In this document: in pieces, positions 27,301 through 39,504 of the stretch | Layout of the letters: each line of letters opens with the position of its first letter | How positions within the stretch are numbered: position 1 is the first letter of the stretch | DNA from: Bugula neritina | Taxonomy: Eukaryota; Animalia; Bryozoa | Direction: 5' to 3' | Length of the DNA: 64,000 nucleotides | Assembly: GCA_964035545.1 (NCBI GenBank) | Contig: OZ037765.1 | Span: forward strand, 26,659,504-26,723,503 | Translations under genes and position numbers: made by a program | Notes under the pieces: model-generated | Seen by the model: only the letters and a program-made list of their open reading frames with translations | Databases searched by the model: none | What the model was told of the DNA's origin: nothing

Positions 27301-30300
27301 TTCTCTTGGGAGGACGACCACGTTTTGCTTTAGGTTTTGAAATGGATGGAGTGTGGTGGTAATTTGTCTACAATCAAACAGTAACTGTACAATTACAATA
27401 AAATAAAGTTAAAAAGTCCCATATTTGAGTGAAACAGTTTCAGTCAATCAAAAAACTATATTAAGTGTATACGCTAGATATTAGTCCTATGCTATCGAAA
27501 AGGCTGTCAAACATTTATGTGATTGACATCTTTTTGATAATGCAATAAGCAAAGTTGAGAGAGTATGGCAGAAGATAGAATGTTTGTATTTAAACATGGC
27601 ATAAATATAGATTGCCTGCTACTGATGATACCAAGATAACAAGTTTATAACACAGTCACACACAATAACATAAACTACACTGTCAAAAAATGAAAACAGA
27701 GTAAATTTGATAACAAGCTAAAATGCAGTTTCTTACCTTCCGTAGGTAAGAGTAATTGATTTAATAGTAAATGAGCACGCATGGCAAAAAGTCAACACAG
27801 AGAACAATTACAATTGTTCACATTACAAACAGCAGCCTATTGCGTTAGCAGTCAGTGGTTCCCACCCAACCTGGGGGGAATTCCCCCTAGGGGGGAATTC
27901 GGACATTTTAGGGGGAATTCAGATTTTGAAAAATTCATGCACCTTGATGAAGTTACATGCATATGTATATCTATAAACATCAATTTTATTTTATCTATTT
28001 AACCAAACCATATTCTGCAATCTCAGTTTACTCCTACATGAATGTGTTTATTAATTACTCTATCCTAACTGCTCCCTGTACTATTTCGAATGGAGGTCAG
28101 AAATTTTCAAAAACTAACAGGCCAACTTTCAGCAGCCAGGCAAGTCAATCTCTATGAACTGCATACTACATATCTAGTGAATATCTTTGCTACACTAAAT
28201 AATCTGAACCTAAAAATGCAGGAGTGCAATCATGTTATCATTGCTTTTCATAGCAGCATCAATGTTTTTAAAGTTACACTAAGGTGGTGGCCTCTCTTTC
28301 AAAAATGGTGTCTTTTCCCACACTCAATGAACTTTTGTAGAGGAAACTGTTCCGAATTTTAAGGTAAAACTGGCACATGTAAAAATCGCACACTAATGTA
28401 AAATTTTCCCAAACCCAAACCTTCAAATCCCCCCATCCTGAGCCCTTAACCCCCAACTCAAATCTTCAATCCTAATATTGGAATTGTGCCATTTTTACCA
28501 AATTTTCCATTTGTGCCTTTTTTACCTGTGCCATTTTTACTTTAAACCGTTCTTGGTTTCAACAAGCAAACTGTTCCCACACATAGCTGACAAAGCCGAG
28601 TTTTGGTGTCATCCAACACCACCTATTCGTATGAGGTAGGATTCTCATCAATTCAAAGAGAAGAGAAACTGCCTAAATCTACAGAGTGACTTGAGATGGG
28701 CCTGGTCAAAAACAGAGCCAGGCTTTAAGCAAGCTGGCACAAAAACATCAACTGAAGTCATAACATTAATAATTGAACTGATCTGTGCTTTGTAACATAA
28801 AATGACTATAATATAACTATTATGATAATTGTATTATATGCAAACATAATATAACTATTATGATAATTATATTGTATGCAAATATAATATAATAAAATAT
28901 ATTGCATTGTGTCATATACTATAATTGTTAGTCATAAAATTGTTTTTTGCATTTTGGAAGGAGGGAAATTGATAGTCAATATTTATGAAAGGGGGGAATA
29001 GTATGAAAAAGGTTGGGAACCACTGCATTACCTACTTCAAGGAAGAGGTTTTATGCTTAGTATTGTGCAGGCACTACATTTTCACTCACTCCATAATCTA
29101 TTCACTCAGTGACTGCTATTTCAATACTTATAAAACAGTTGACACGCCATCATTATTTTACAATTATGTGGAATTTTTGCAGCACATTTTGTGTAGACAA
29201 TTAATTTAAATAAAATGTGAAGTGGGAAGGGGCAACCTGTATCTATCCAACAGTAAACAGTGCGAAAAGATGAGGCTTAATACTCACTAAAGACTTTGGT
29301 GCAGTTTTCGCATCAGAAAGCTCATTAAAGGACAAACTCTTTTCCACTTGAGATAACATTTGCAAAGCTTGTTTCACTCGTTTAGGTTCTTGTGTAGATG
29401 CCTCAGGTGACACAACTCCTATTAACAATTCATAGCAACAATAAATACATCAGTTTTAAGCACAAAGGGAATAGATTTTTTTTCGATAATTCAATTGAAT
29501 ATTTTATCAACAGGATTTAAATGAGAGATTAGCATTAACGGCTTTTTCCTCTATTTTTCACCACCAAAGCATTTCTACAAAACTGTTGGCAAACCCTGCA
29601 ACATCCAGAGATGTATATAGGCTTATATTTGCCAAAGCTCTAAAACACAACTATATCAAGGCAGATGCATGTACAATAAAGTAAAATGGTGTTACAAGCT
29701 TCATGCAGTAGTTGAGCAATACAACAATAAAACACAGCGTTAGAGTATATGTAAAGAAAGCAGTAGCGATTATGTGAGTTAAGCAAACTGACAGCGTAAA
29801 CACATAATTATTATGCTGTCAGTTTGAAGGAAAAGAAGTCCCAGCATTACCAGAAAACCATTACCTGAGGAGCACAAACGTTTGCTTCTTCTCACTTGTT
29901 GTACTTTTACTATAGCCTCCTCGACTACACCTGCATACCATAACATACAAGAGCTATACTAACCACAACCAGGAAGCATATCACCAGTATACGTACCAAT
30001 TTATGACATGTACTGTTCATACATTGGGTTGGGCTACTTAAAATACCACTTTATCGCGATGGGGGGGGAGGAGGGGGATAGTTTACTAACTAGGCACTAT
30101 ATAAGCGGTCACGGCCTTGACGTCAGAATGTACACATATATTATGCAGACAGGAATCCCAGTGTGAACATGCAACATTTTTTATAGTAGGAGTAGCCGAA
30201 AAGATTATTTTAACAAAAAAGTATCTGTAATATTGTAAAACGTTACCACAGATTCAAAAACACCACATAAAAGCCACCAACATATACATCCCACACCATG

Positions 30301-31725
30301 CACATGACAAATATTAGATTGAGGTTTCGTATTAGTTTTATATTATAAAATATTAGAGCCAATTTAAAATATGGCAAGATATAGAAAAAAAGAATGTTGA
30401 AGTTCATAAACAATTAGGCATTATCCTCCCACCACTCATCGAAAAGAAAAACTTCTTACTGTTTTTCCTTACCAGGGGAGCATGACGGATTTGGATTCAT
30501 ACTTTTATGTATAAATCTAGACCTATTTGTATCAGCATCTAAAAATACAAAAAGGGTGAAAAGCTAAATACTGTAAGAGCTAAAGAAAGGCTTACCAGCA
30601 CAAATTATAAAATTACCATACATATTATATATTTTAGTCACAATTTACAAGTGAGCCCTGATGATAAATTATTTCAACACATTCTGCAGACATTGGTTAA
30701 AACCATTCTGGTAGCCTGGTCAATGTGCAGAGCAATGATGATTGAAAACCCATTCTATTACCAATGATTCTGCCAGTCCAAAACCTCTACCTCTATCTGC
30801 TGAAGCAAGATTGCTTGCTTTTTATAAATTCATAATAGCTAATTACTTAAAAACTAAGCAATTAAAATATTAGATTTCATGGTGAAAAATTAAAAATATA
30901 AATAATGGCAATTTTTATTTCCTATTAAAAATGCTATTTATGCATTCAGAAAGTGGTAGCCATTAATTTCCAGATATATTTGTGGGATTTGACGCCACTT
31001 TTTAGATTCTCTAATTTATTCAAACATAAAAAAATGGTTGTTCTAACTTATAATAATTTAGCCAATAATTCTATAGATATAAAACATATAAATACATCTG
31101 GTATACAAGTAAAAATAGTCTCAAAACTAAAAGAACTTCTGCTACTTGATAATTTCACTATTACACTACAGCTTTAAATTGTTTAATGTTCTCTTACAAT
31201 AACACCAAAAAGTACAAATAGTCACACATACAGTCTCTAAACCTCTACACTATGGTTTGTCAAATTATTTTAGAGCTATTTTTAGGTATTGATATACTTG
31301 TATATTTTTAAATTCCAACTATATATTTCTTGAACTGTGTTTCATGAAATATCTCAATTTAGTAGCCACTGCTGTATCAACCAAAATTTTATTTCAAGTT
31401 CAGCAAGGCATAAATTACTATAGTTCACCATTAGAAAGCTGCCTTTTAGATGTTCTACTACTTCTAGTTTGGCTATTTACGGCTTGCTGTTTCTTGGCCT
31501 TAGAAGCTCTACTGCCATCTACAATCAATAAGGTACCAAAATAGTTTATCTAAAGCTAGAAATTCATAATGAATACAATGGCTATAATGATACAATGGCT
31601 CGCCACATAAGAATTTCTAATTCAATCAACTTTGAATTTCAGCGCTAATCAAAAACAATATTACTTAATTAATTACCAGCATGTTTTAGGCAAAAGAAAT
31701 GGTAATATATAGCATCCCGATTTGA

Positions 31726-31794
<69 letters not shown>

Positions 31795-34700
31795 GTTAGC
31801 AATGTTAGAAAAGTTAAAAAGTTAGATACTTATCATTAACTTTCTGATAACAGCACCAACATTAATTATAGTTATATTAGAAATTGGTGGCTTCTGCACT
31901 TCCAGAATAAGCAACACTTTAAGCAGAGCTAAGCAGGTTAAAGGTAAGAGCATAATTTGAAGTCAGCGAGACAAAATTTAGACATTGATATGCCATAACC
32001 ATAAGCCAAGGAAGGGCTATGATGATTCTCACCGATTTGTATGGAAGGCAATTGGTGTGCTTTGTCTCCAGAAGAGATGCTTCTGTTCATGAGATTTGAA
32101 AGTTGTTTAGCAGAATTAAAGTTAAAAGCTTGATTAGCAGGATGTTGTTCTCTGCAACTGTTGGCAATTGAATGAGACTTTAAGCCTGGGCTTTGAGCCA
32201 TAGTGGTCTCTGAATGCTGTTCAATTGTTTTTGGGGTGTTCTTTAGGCTAGTGCCATTAAGCTGCTCATCACATTTCGAGGAACTACTTTTGCTGTGGCT
32301 TGGCAACAATTCAACATGCTGCTTTGAAATTTCAGTATTTCTACTTTTGCTATTACGCAATTTCCATTCTAAAAAGTTTTATTTCATTACACGATCATTA
32401 ATTGCATACCTAATTTAAGATAACTTAAACTAAAGGCATTGCTGATGAAAATAAAATACATATAAAAAATTCCTCTAGTTAAACCTGACTAGCCAAATAC
32501 TGGAATCAATTCTCAACTTTTAAAATAGCTGTTATCCTAAGCAATAACTGATGAAGCTAACACATTTTAGAATAGACAACATTAAAGCAGTAAAGATGTA
32601 GTATAATCACTATAACATGTAATTAGCCTTAACTTTTTGTATAATTATCGCATGATCAACTAATTTATTGGAATCCAGGTTGAAAAATGAGGAGACAAAC
32701 CTGGTAGACCTTTTAGTAGCTTCTTTGTAGGTACAATGTTTGAAGAAATTATTTCAACACCCTCAAGATTAATTATCTCTGGAGAAGTTGGCACTGGTTG
32801 TTTTGGACAATCACTTTCAGTTGTGCATGTTAGTTCATCAAAACCAAATGTCGAAGCTTTCCACAATGAATTACTTTGAGAAGTTAATTGATTTCCTTCA
32901 ATTGCTTCATACTGATTTTTATCTTTCAATTGACATTGGTTAGTACTTGTTTTACTATTTGATAAACAATGATCTTTATTAATGTTTTTTTCCAGCAAAC
33001 TTGATTGAGCATACGTGTCATATATATTTTCCTTGAGTATACCAGAAGAGAATTTTTTGCCAAAATTTTCGGGTGGAGAAGACTTAGAAGCAAAACGTGA
33101 TGCAACTTTCTTAGATGAAATATTCCAGAAATCTTTATTTAATTCTCCATCATGTTCAGAAAATAAAAAGTGATCATGAGTTTCGGCTAAAATAGCAAGA
33201 AAGCAATAATGTTCACCTAGCAAATCGTAGAAAGCACCAAAAGATAATTGCAAAACTGAAAGCTTAGTAAGTCATCAATAATTAGAAAGCTGAGATGTGA
33301 TATAAAAGAAATAAAATTACGAGAAGAATTTAAAGCACTCAAAGACTAATTTAGTTGTTTATGGCTTCACAGATAGAGTATGCCAGTAAAGATGCAATTA
33401 GAAAGACAAGAGCTACAAATATTTGAATGATAATTGTCAAATTAATCAGTTGCAAATCAATGCATAAAACCACCGCTACTTACCATCAATTGCTAACATA
33501 AAATAAACCTCTTCAAAATAGCAGAATTTCAACTAGACTACGCTAGCATGTATAAATAATCAACTGGTGAGAAAATTTCAGCTAAAAACTCACCTTTCGC
33601 TTCTTTCTTGAAAAATGTCATATCTTGGTCTTGCACAGACCTAAAACCGACAAGCATTTTATGTAATATAATACAATACATACTACAATAAAGATTAAAG
33701 GACAGATAGTAAGCAAACACCAATGCAAATCTCACCAGTTCCGAGTAGAAAGAGATGTCTTATCTGCTAAACTGTGTGAATCTGTCAACCAGTGGTTTTC
33801 TGGTTTAGATCTTTCGGTATCACAAGCAAATGTATTTGCTATAATTGAAATTCATAATCAGAGAACTATTACAAAATAGATGATCCATCACCAGAATCAT
33901 CATCGTGGTTGAGAACATTGCAATAGTCAACAGATTGAAAAATTTAATGAAGCCAACTTTAATTTGAAATTCTTGAATGAATATGAAAAATGACCATGTG
34001 GGTGAATGAAAAATAGAATATTATACTATTTATGGATTATGTTTATGGCAACAGAGTTATCTTTTCCTCGTTCATAAACATTAAATTAATATAAACTTAT
34101 GCCCTTATACTAGTATAATACTAATATATTAACAGCTAAACGCTGCTGCTTAATATTGTGAAAATTTCCCAAAAACTAGCAAGAAGTTTCATCTTATCAC
34201 GAAATTGTTTTTTAAATAGTCATACTGATTTAGCACTAGCTGAACAAATGAATTGACATTCTAGAACTTGAACCTATTCCTTGAAATTATTGACTTGAAT
34301 AAAAATTTACCAACCTCCACCATATAATAATTAGAAATATTGAATTTCTAAAAGCATAACAGACCATAAATGAATACTTAGAATTAAATGGCAATAATTT
34401 CATCTCCACTGCATAAAGCTAGTAACAGCCATAATTGAGAAATCATTTCCATTCTATGAATTAAACCCAAATATATGTAGACATTACACTCAGTTTTATT
34501 TTAGCAAACTTTATGTTTCAATTGTCTCTTTAAAAGCTACATGTTCATTTAGAGTCTCACATTTTGCAACCAATATTAATATTAAATGAGGTTAAAAGGC
34601 ATTTTTAATATTAGCATTCAGCAACATCTTAAAATTAAGTACTAGTAACAAGCACTGGTACACTAATTTCAAGTAAAACTAGTTGAGGCTTTGTTTAATT

Positions 34701-37700
34701 ACACAATTACGATTTACAACAAACACAATTATATAAGTTATCAGTATTTACTCAACCTGATGTCTTAATATACATGCTTGGTAAGAACAAATGGTGATTT
34801 TACACAAGTTTGCACATATATGATATGCCAAATTACTTTATTTGTATTTAGTAATATGACATGTAATTTTTTTTACTATGACTATGACCGTTATTGCGCA
34901 TAATATAAATATAAACATTAATTAGCTCAAGTTTTATATAAAACAAAAAATAATTACTATGTGAAACTGAATGTCTATATCATCATTATGATTATGAGTA
35001 TGATCATCATATTCATAACAATAATCTATTTATCGTATAACTATGATAATCATGATATTTATAAATTCAAATAAATATAAATATATTATAATCCTGGTGA
35101 TGGCAGGGATTACCATTATGATTACAATTATCATCATGATCAGATCATAATAATGATTTTCTATGAAATTTAATTAGTAAATCACAATTTATCATTTCAT
35201 ACCAAGTTCAACTACTAAAATCTGTAGTTATAGTTTATAATTATAGTCATATTGATATTCTATTCCCGATGCCTGAAGTATAAGCTACAAGTTTAACTTG
35301 GAAGACTAAAATTTAGATTTTCATCAAGTTCAACATCACTGCAAATCAACGCAATATTTAAACTTAAATGTTATCTGATACTATAGTTATAGACTGTCAT
35401 AATACTAATAGACATAGTTATAATTAGTCTTTTAGTTTTATTTATATTAAAAGTATAAAATTAACTATAGTACTGGTACAACTATAACTTAAAAGATACA
35501 AGTATAGCTCTGACATATTTATCATGATAAAGTTAAAAGTTATTAATATTACAATTATAAGCTATAATACTAATACTCACTATTAGTATTACTAATAGTA
35601 ATAGTAATAGTAAATACTATTACTAATTATAATACTATAGAAATAGCATTCAATTCCATGTTACTGTTAGTGAACCCATACTGATACTCATACTGATACT
35701 GATAACCATAGTGACACTCAATATCATTATCATACTCTGTGCTGACAATCATAAATTTCTGGTAATCTAAATTCTAAATCATAAATTACCAGTGTCAAAC
35801 TGAAAGCAAATCATCAACTTGCAGTTCAAGTGATCACCATCATCATCATGAAATTCAAATTGAATATACAACTCGAACTACATGTTACAGTTGTAATTAT
35901 ATTTATAATAATAAGTATTGTTATTGTATCATGCTTATACAGAAATAAACGCACTGAAGTTTCTTATTATGTGTGATAATAATAATAATAATATTGAAAT
36001 GCAATACCAATAACTATCGTAATAAATTTGGTAATGGGAATTGTTAGCTGTAGACATCGAATGATTCTACAAGCAGCTCCGAGTTAAGGATGACTGAGTA
36101 CACTAGTTTGCGGTTCTCGGGTTTTGAGTTGAGGTTTACTTATACCCCGACTCCAAACTTGAGAGCCGCGAACTACTGCACTCCGCCACCCCCAACTCCG
36201 AGCTACTTATAGCACCATTTTTGGACCATCGAGAAAAATATAACCGCACTCAAACAACATTTTCCTCCTGCAGCCTACTTTCCGGTCAACTGCACAGCAT
36301 AATTGCAGCAACGCAGGCAAAGGCCGCTACCATTGAACTATAATAATAGTTTCAGCTCAGTGGCCGCTACACTGCGCTCGTAATAAGGCAGTTCTATGGA
36401 CAATCGTTAGAGTCACCCCCCCCCCTTTGCTTATACATTATTTTACTATAACTATAACATGAGCCGTGCTGCCCTCTTCTTATTTTGGCAACGGCTGAAA
36501 TAGGGAGTTTAAATTCATGTGCACGTAAGTTAACAGCTCAACGATTATTTTACAATTTTCAGAAAATCCACAAGAAGTGAAGTATTTGCAGTGCATTTAT
36601 TTCTAACGGCTAAGAGGGTTTATTGACATCATGCACGATAACTCAACATGAACATGAAATATACTGTTAAAGAAACTCCGACACACTTCACTTACACAGC
36701 ATTAAAAATATTTATATATATATTAGTTTTCATCTACAGACTGTTTAAGGGTTGCATGCCCACACAATATACATTTTGCTTTTGCTGAAAATTTATATGC
36801 TGAAGTATTTTTACACACAAGCAATGCTAGGGTAGCTATGCGAAAGTCTAACTTTTAAACTGATGCAATGTTTTGTAGGTAAAAAGTAATTGTAACACAA
36901 ACCTGATTTACTTGGAGCTTCGAGAACAACAATATCTGAAACTATGCTTGCTTTTCCTGATGATGAGCTACTACGCCTCCAACTGCGTCTGACTGGTATG
37001 GATACCTTGGGCTTGTTGATTATATCCCGTGGAATATGTTGTACGTATTCTAAAGGAACAACTTTTTGTTTACAGACAGCAGAATTCTCAACTGCACATT
37101 CAAGCATGATCCTAGGTTGAGTGCTTCTTCTAGCATTAGCCAGAACTACCGACTGTTGACCAAGAATATCCAGTTTGTTGGGTTGAGTATTGAATTCTTG
37201 AATATTAACATAAAAATGAGTATGACAGGGTTTTTCATCTAGATCTTCACAAATGTTCACATATTCTACATTGCATGTTTCAATGTTGGGTTCTAAACCA
37301 ACATCTAGATACGATGACAAAGTTTTGAGGGCTTTGGTCATCAGGGTGGGTTTGATCAGAGGCTGATCAGATGATACGGAGCATGGTTGTATGAAATGTT
37401 TTTGACAATTAATATGACTAATTAAATGTTTCTCTTCCTTACATTGTTGGAAGTTTAGTAGGTTTATGGTCTTGTTCGAATGAGCAAAAGGAGAGGCTAG
37501 ATAGATGTTTTCAGCTGATGTTAGTGGCTTTAGTAAAAACTTTTCTTTTACAGGGCCATAGAATTTGAAACTGTGAAGTAATTTTGGTTGCAATTCTTTG
37601 TGACCAGAAGTCTTAGAAGTTACATCAGCAAAGTTAACTGCCATAACATCATAAAACAGTGGACGCTTGATGCCATGAGTTTCAGCTTTGTGTTTTAAAA

Positions 37701-37920
37701 ATTCATCTTGCATGGATGCCGTGTAATCACAAAGAGAACATCTGAACATGTGATCTTTGATATGCAATACCATCATATCTAGTGCCGAAGTTGCAAAATG
37801 ACAAATATTACATCTGTAGGAATAAACATGCTGTTCATTAGTTGAGTGTTCATCAACATCTTGAGGTATGACCATGCGGAGAAAATAAGCTTGCTTGTCA
37901 GCCGTTTCCCCTTTTGCCAT
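20240..37920 (-). CDS. Large C2H2 zinc-finger / AT-hook nuclear protein (~1450 aa if one gene)
   Basis: Phase-compatible exons 37920-36903, 33838-33736, 33640-33594, 33186-32701, 32368-32033, 31518-31429, 30538-30473, 29930-29865, 29418-29288, 27367-26269, 26126-26073, 25963-25892, 25365-25279, 24510-24451, 20895-20240. C2H2 motifs CNIC..HIKDH, CSLC..HKAETH, CDKC..HKKEMH, CTLC..HINVKH; AT-hook KRGRPPK; Lys tract KSKKKKKSSKEKKRKK. The link between the first exon and the rest is uncertain. Confidence 0.65.
21243..21418 (-). mobile_element. tRNA-derived SINE, near full length
   Basis: The minus strand begins ggagcagccgtggtctaggggttagag (A box)...gggttcgagccc (B box), then body ggtgatgttaggaagagcatccagccctaattgctcc. 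Two further copies occur in the window. Confidence 0.8.
22720..22829 (-). mobile_element. Degraded copy of the same SINE
   Basis: gagcaattatgact...cttcctaacatcaccaatggcct...tcgaac...ctagacca matches 21243-21418. Confidence 0.65.
23381..23513. repeat. 17-bp minisatellite, about 7 units, one interruption
   Basis: Unit agtgtgagttactaact. Confidence 0.9.
24240..24327. repeat. (TG)n microsatellite, about 43 units
   Basis: Pure GT repeat. Confidence 0.98.
25011..25190. mobile_element. MITE, family with 3 copies in the window (Kolobok-like TTAA-AG start)
   Basis: Inverted repeat gcagtagaggagaaattgaga / tctcaatttctccattactgc; shares core aatctagaacacaggcttttct with 58735-58890 and, reversed, with 42443-42630. 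Confidence 0.65.
27853..29025 (+). mobile_element. Non-autonomous hAT transposon (Charlie/Buster/SPIN-like) with decayed transposase
   Basis: TIRs cagtggttccc...aacct / aggttgggaaccactg. Remnant peptides YLVNIFATLNNLNLKMQ...SINVFKVTLRWW and TTYSYEVGFS...RNCLNLQSDLRWAWSKTEP resemble the Buster/Charlie transposase core and C-terminal dimerisation region. No clean 8-bp TSD. Confidence 0.85.
28353..28549. mobile_element. MITE nested inside the hAT relic
   Basis: Inverted arms built from repeated gtaaaaatggcaca-type units (ggtaaaactggcacatgtaaaaatcgcaca / tgtgccttttttacctgtgccatttttac) around a C-rich aaccc core; it interrupts the transposase remnant. Confidence 0.7.
31728..31790. repeat. Compound (GT)n(GA)n microsatellite
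   Basis: Directly visible. Confidence 0.97.
36068..36211. mobile_element. ~145-bp hairpin MITE with TA-rich ends (second copy at 46464-46610)
   Basis: TIR aagcagctccgagtt / aactccgagctactt with further internal inverted symmetry. Confidence 0.75.
36811..37920 (-). CDS. 369-aa ORF with two C2H2 zinc fingers: first coding exon of the gene above, or a stand-alone gene
   Basis: Long ATG-initiated ORF with two CxxC-x12-HxxxH/HxxxxH motifs. It has a CAG|GTTTGT donor at 36902 and also its own stop at 36811. Confidence 0.75.
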   Translation of the reverse strand: MAKGETADKQAYFLRMVIPQDVDEHSTNEQHVYSYRCNICHFATSALDMMVLHIKDHMFRCSLCDYTASMQDEFLKHKAETHGIKRPLFYDVMAVNFADVTSKTSGHKELQPKLLHSFKFYGPVKEKFLLKPLTSAENIYLASPFAHSNKTINLLNFQQCKEEKHLISHINCQKHFIQPCSVSSDQPLIKPTLMTKALKTLSSYLDVGLEPNIETCNVEYVNICEDLDEKPCHTHFYVNIQEFNTQPNKLDILGQQSVVLANARRSTQPRIMLECAVENSAVCKQKVVPLEYVQHIPRDIINKPKVSIPVRRSWRRSSSSSGKASIVSDIVVLEAPSKSGLCYNYFLPTKHCISLKVRLSHSYPSIACV

Positions 37921-39504
37921 TTTATACCATCAAATACAGTTTCATCAAAATTTTTCTAAAAGCATATCATAAAAACAAGTTAAAAAATATCTGTATGCAA
38001 TATAAGAAGCCATTTTCTAAAAAAGATAATGTAATAAATGTTGCAGTAGATTACTATAACAAGGCCTGAAGCCGAATATAATTTCACATATAATCTCTAC
38101 CAGGTTCCATAAACATCATGAGGGTGGTTCTACTTTTATTTTACTATGTCGAACCATAACATAATTCTTAACTAAGCATATCTAGTAAAAAATATTTCTC
38201 AAATTGTTTATTGCACACATTTGGAAATGCATTTTACAATTGAATTTTTATCAAAAATAAATCCCATTTACCAAAATTTTAATACTGGTAGGTATCACAT
38301 ATCAGCAAACACTACAGTGCAAAGATTTTAATCCATTGTAAACATAAGATGATTGCACTTTTAGTAGCAGATACACATCAACAGTATGTCAACAATGAAC
38401 AAGCAACCTTTCTGTGTAAACTGTATATGAAAAAAACTATCGTTTGTTGACAGTACATAGACAATCATCCGCTAATGGCTTTAGTATACAGGAAATTAAA
38501 TCATATACTTTAAGACTTCAATTGAATTACATAGATGCCTAAAAATCCACTTTAATTGTTGCTATTTTTATGACCGTTTGAAATAACCGTTACAATTATT
38601 CTTACAATTTTTACACTAACTTAATTTGAGGAAGAAAACTTTCAAATACAACTTGTTCAGCTTTGTTCTCCTGTGACTTAGATTGCAGACCCTAAAACTA
38701 TGAGGCATTCAATTCTGGTTCAGTGAAAATAAATTATTCTCAAGGTTTTCAAATATACTAAATTTTTCTAGGTCAGGCTGACAGAAGACTTTTAAATTTA
38801 ATTATATGAACATCACCATTTAACACTCATGACACATTAGCAATTAACTAGGAATAGATCCATTATCATTATTATTATAATTAGATTACTGCATCATAAA
38901 ATCCTTACAACTAGTATTATTACATAAAATAATTTAAATTAAAAAGCTCAATTGTTAATAATGGCGTAAAGCTATATTTGTAATCATAATTATAATCACA
39001 ATGTGACAATAACTTGAATAACAAGTTTGACCAGTCCGCAATTGAGTAAATTGACAATTTATATTCTAATTCTCATACTATTAACATAATAAAATTCAAT
39101 ATTCACATTGTAAATGCAAAAATGCAAAAATGCAAAACTAAAAGTAAATATTTTAGTTCTTATTAATTCAAGAGCTAGAAGTGAAAATAAAATAAAAATT
39201 AATAACATAAGTCATCAATTAAACAGTTAAATGGCAAATCTAACTCTAGAGTCTAGACTCTAAATATGATTAAAAACTTCTATTAGCAAATTTATTATTC
39301 AAGTTATCGAAAAATAGCTGATCCTTCAGCCTATGAGTATGCCATGACCATCTGATTTCATCATAGAATAGCCATAATGATAATGGTAAGCTCTAGAGTC
39401 TAGACTCTAGCATCTATGCCTATGCCTATGGCCATGGCCAGCTGGTACAACTACACTGTTATTATTAATATTAGCTTTACCGTCTGCCAAGGTATATTAA
39501 TATT

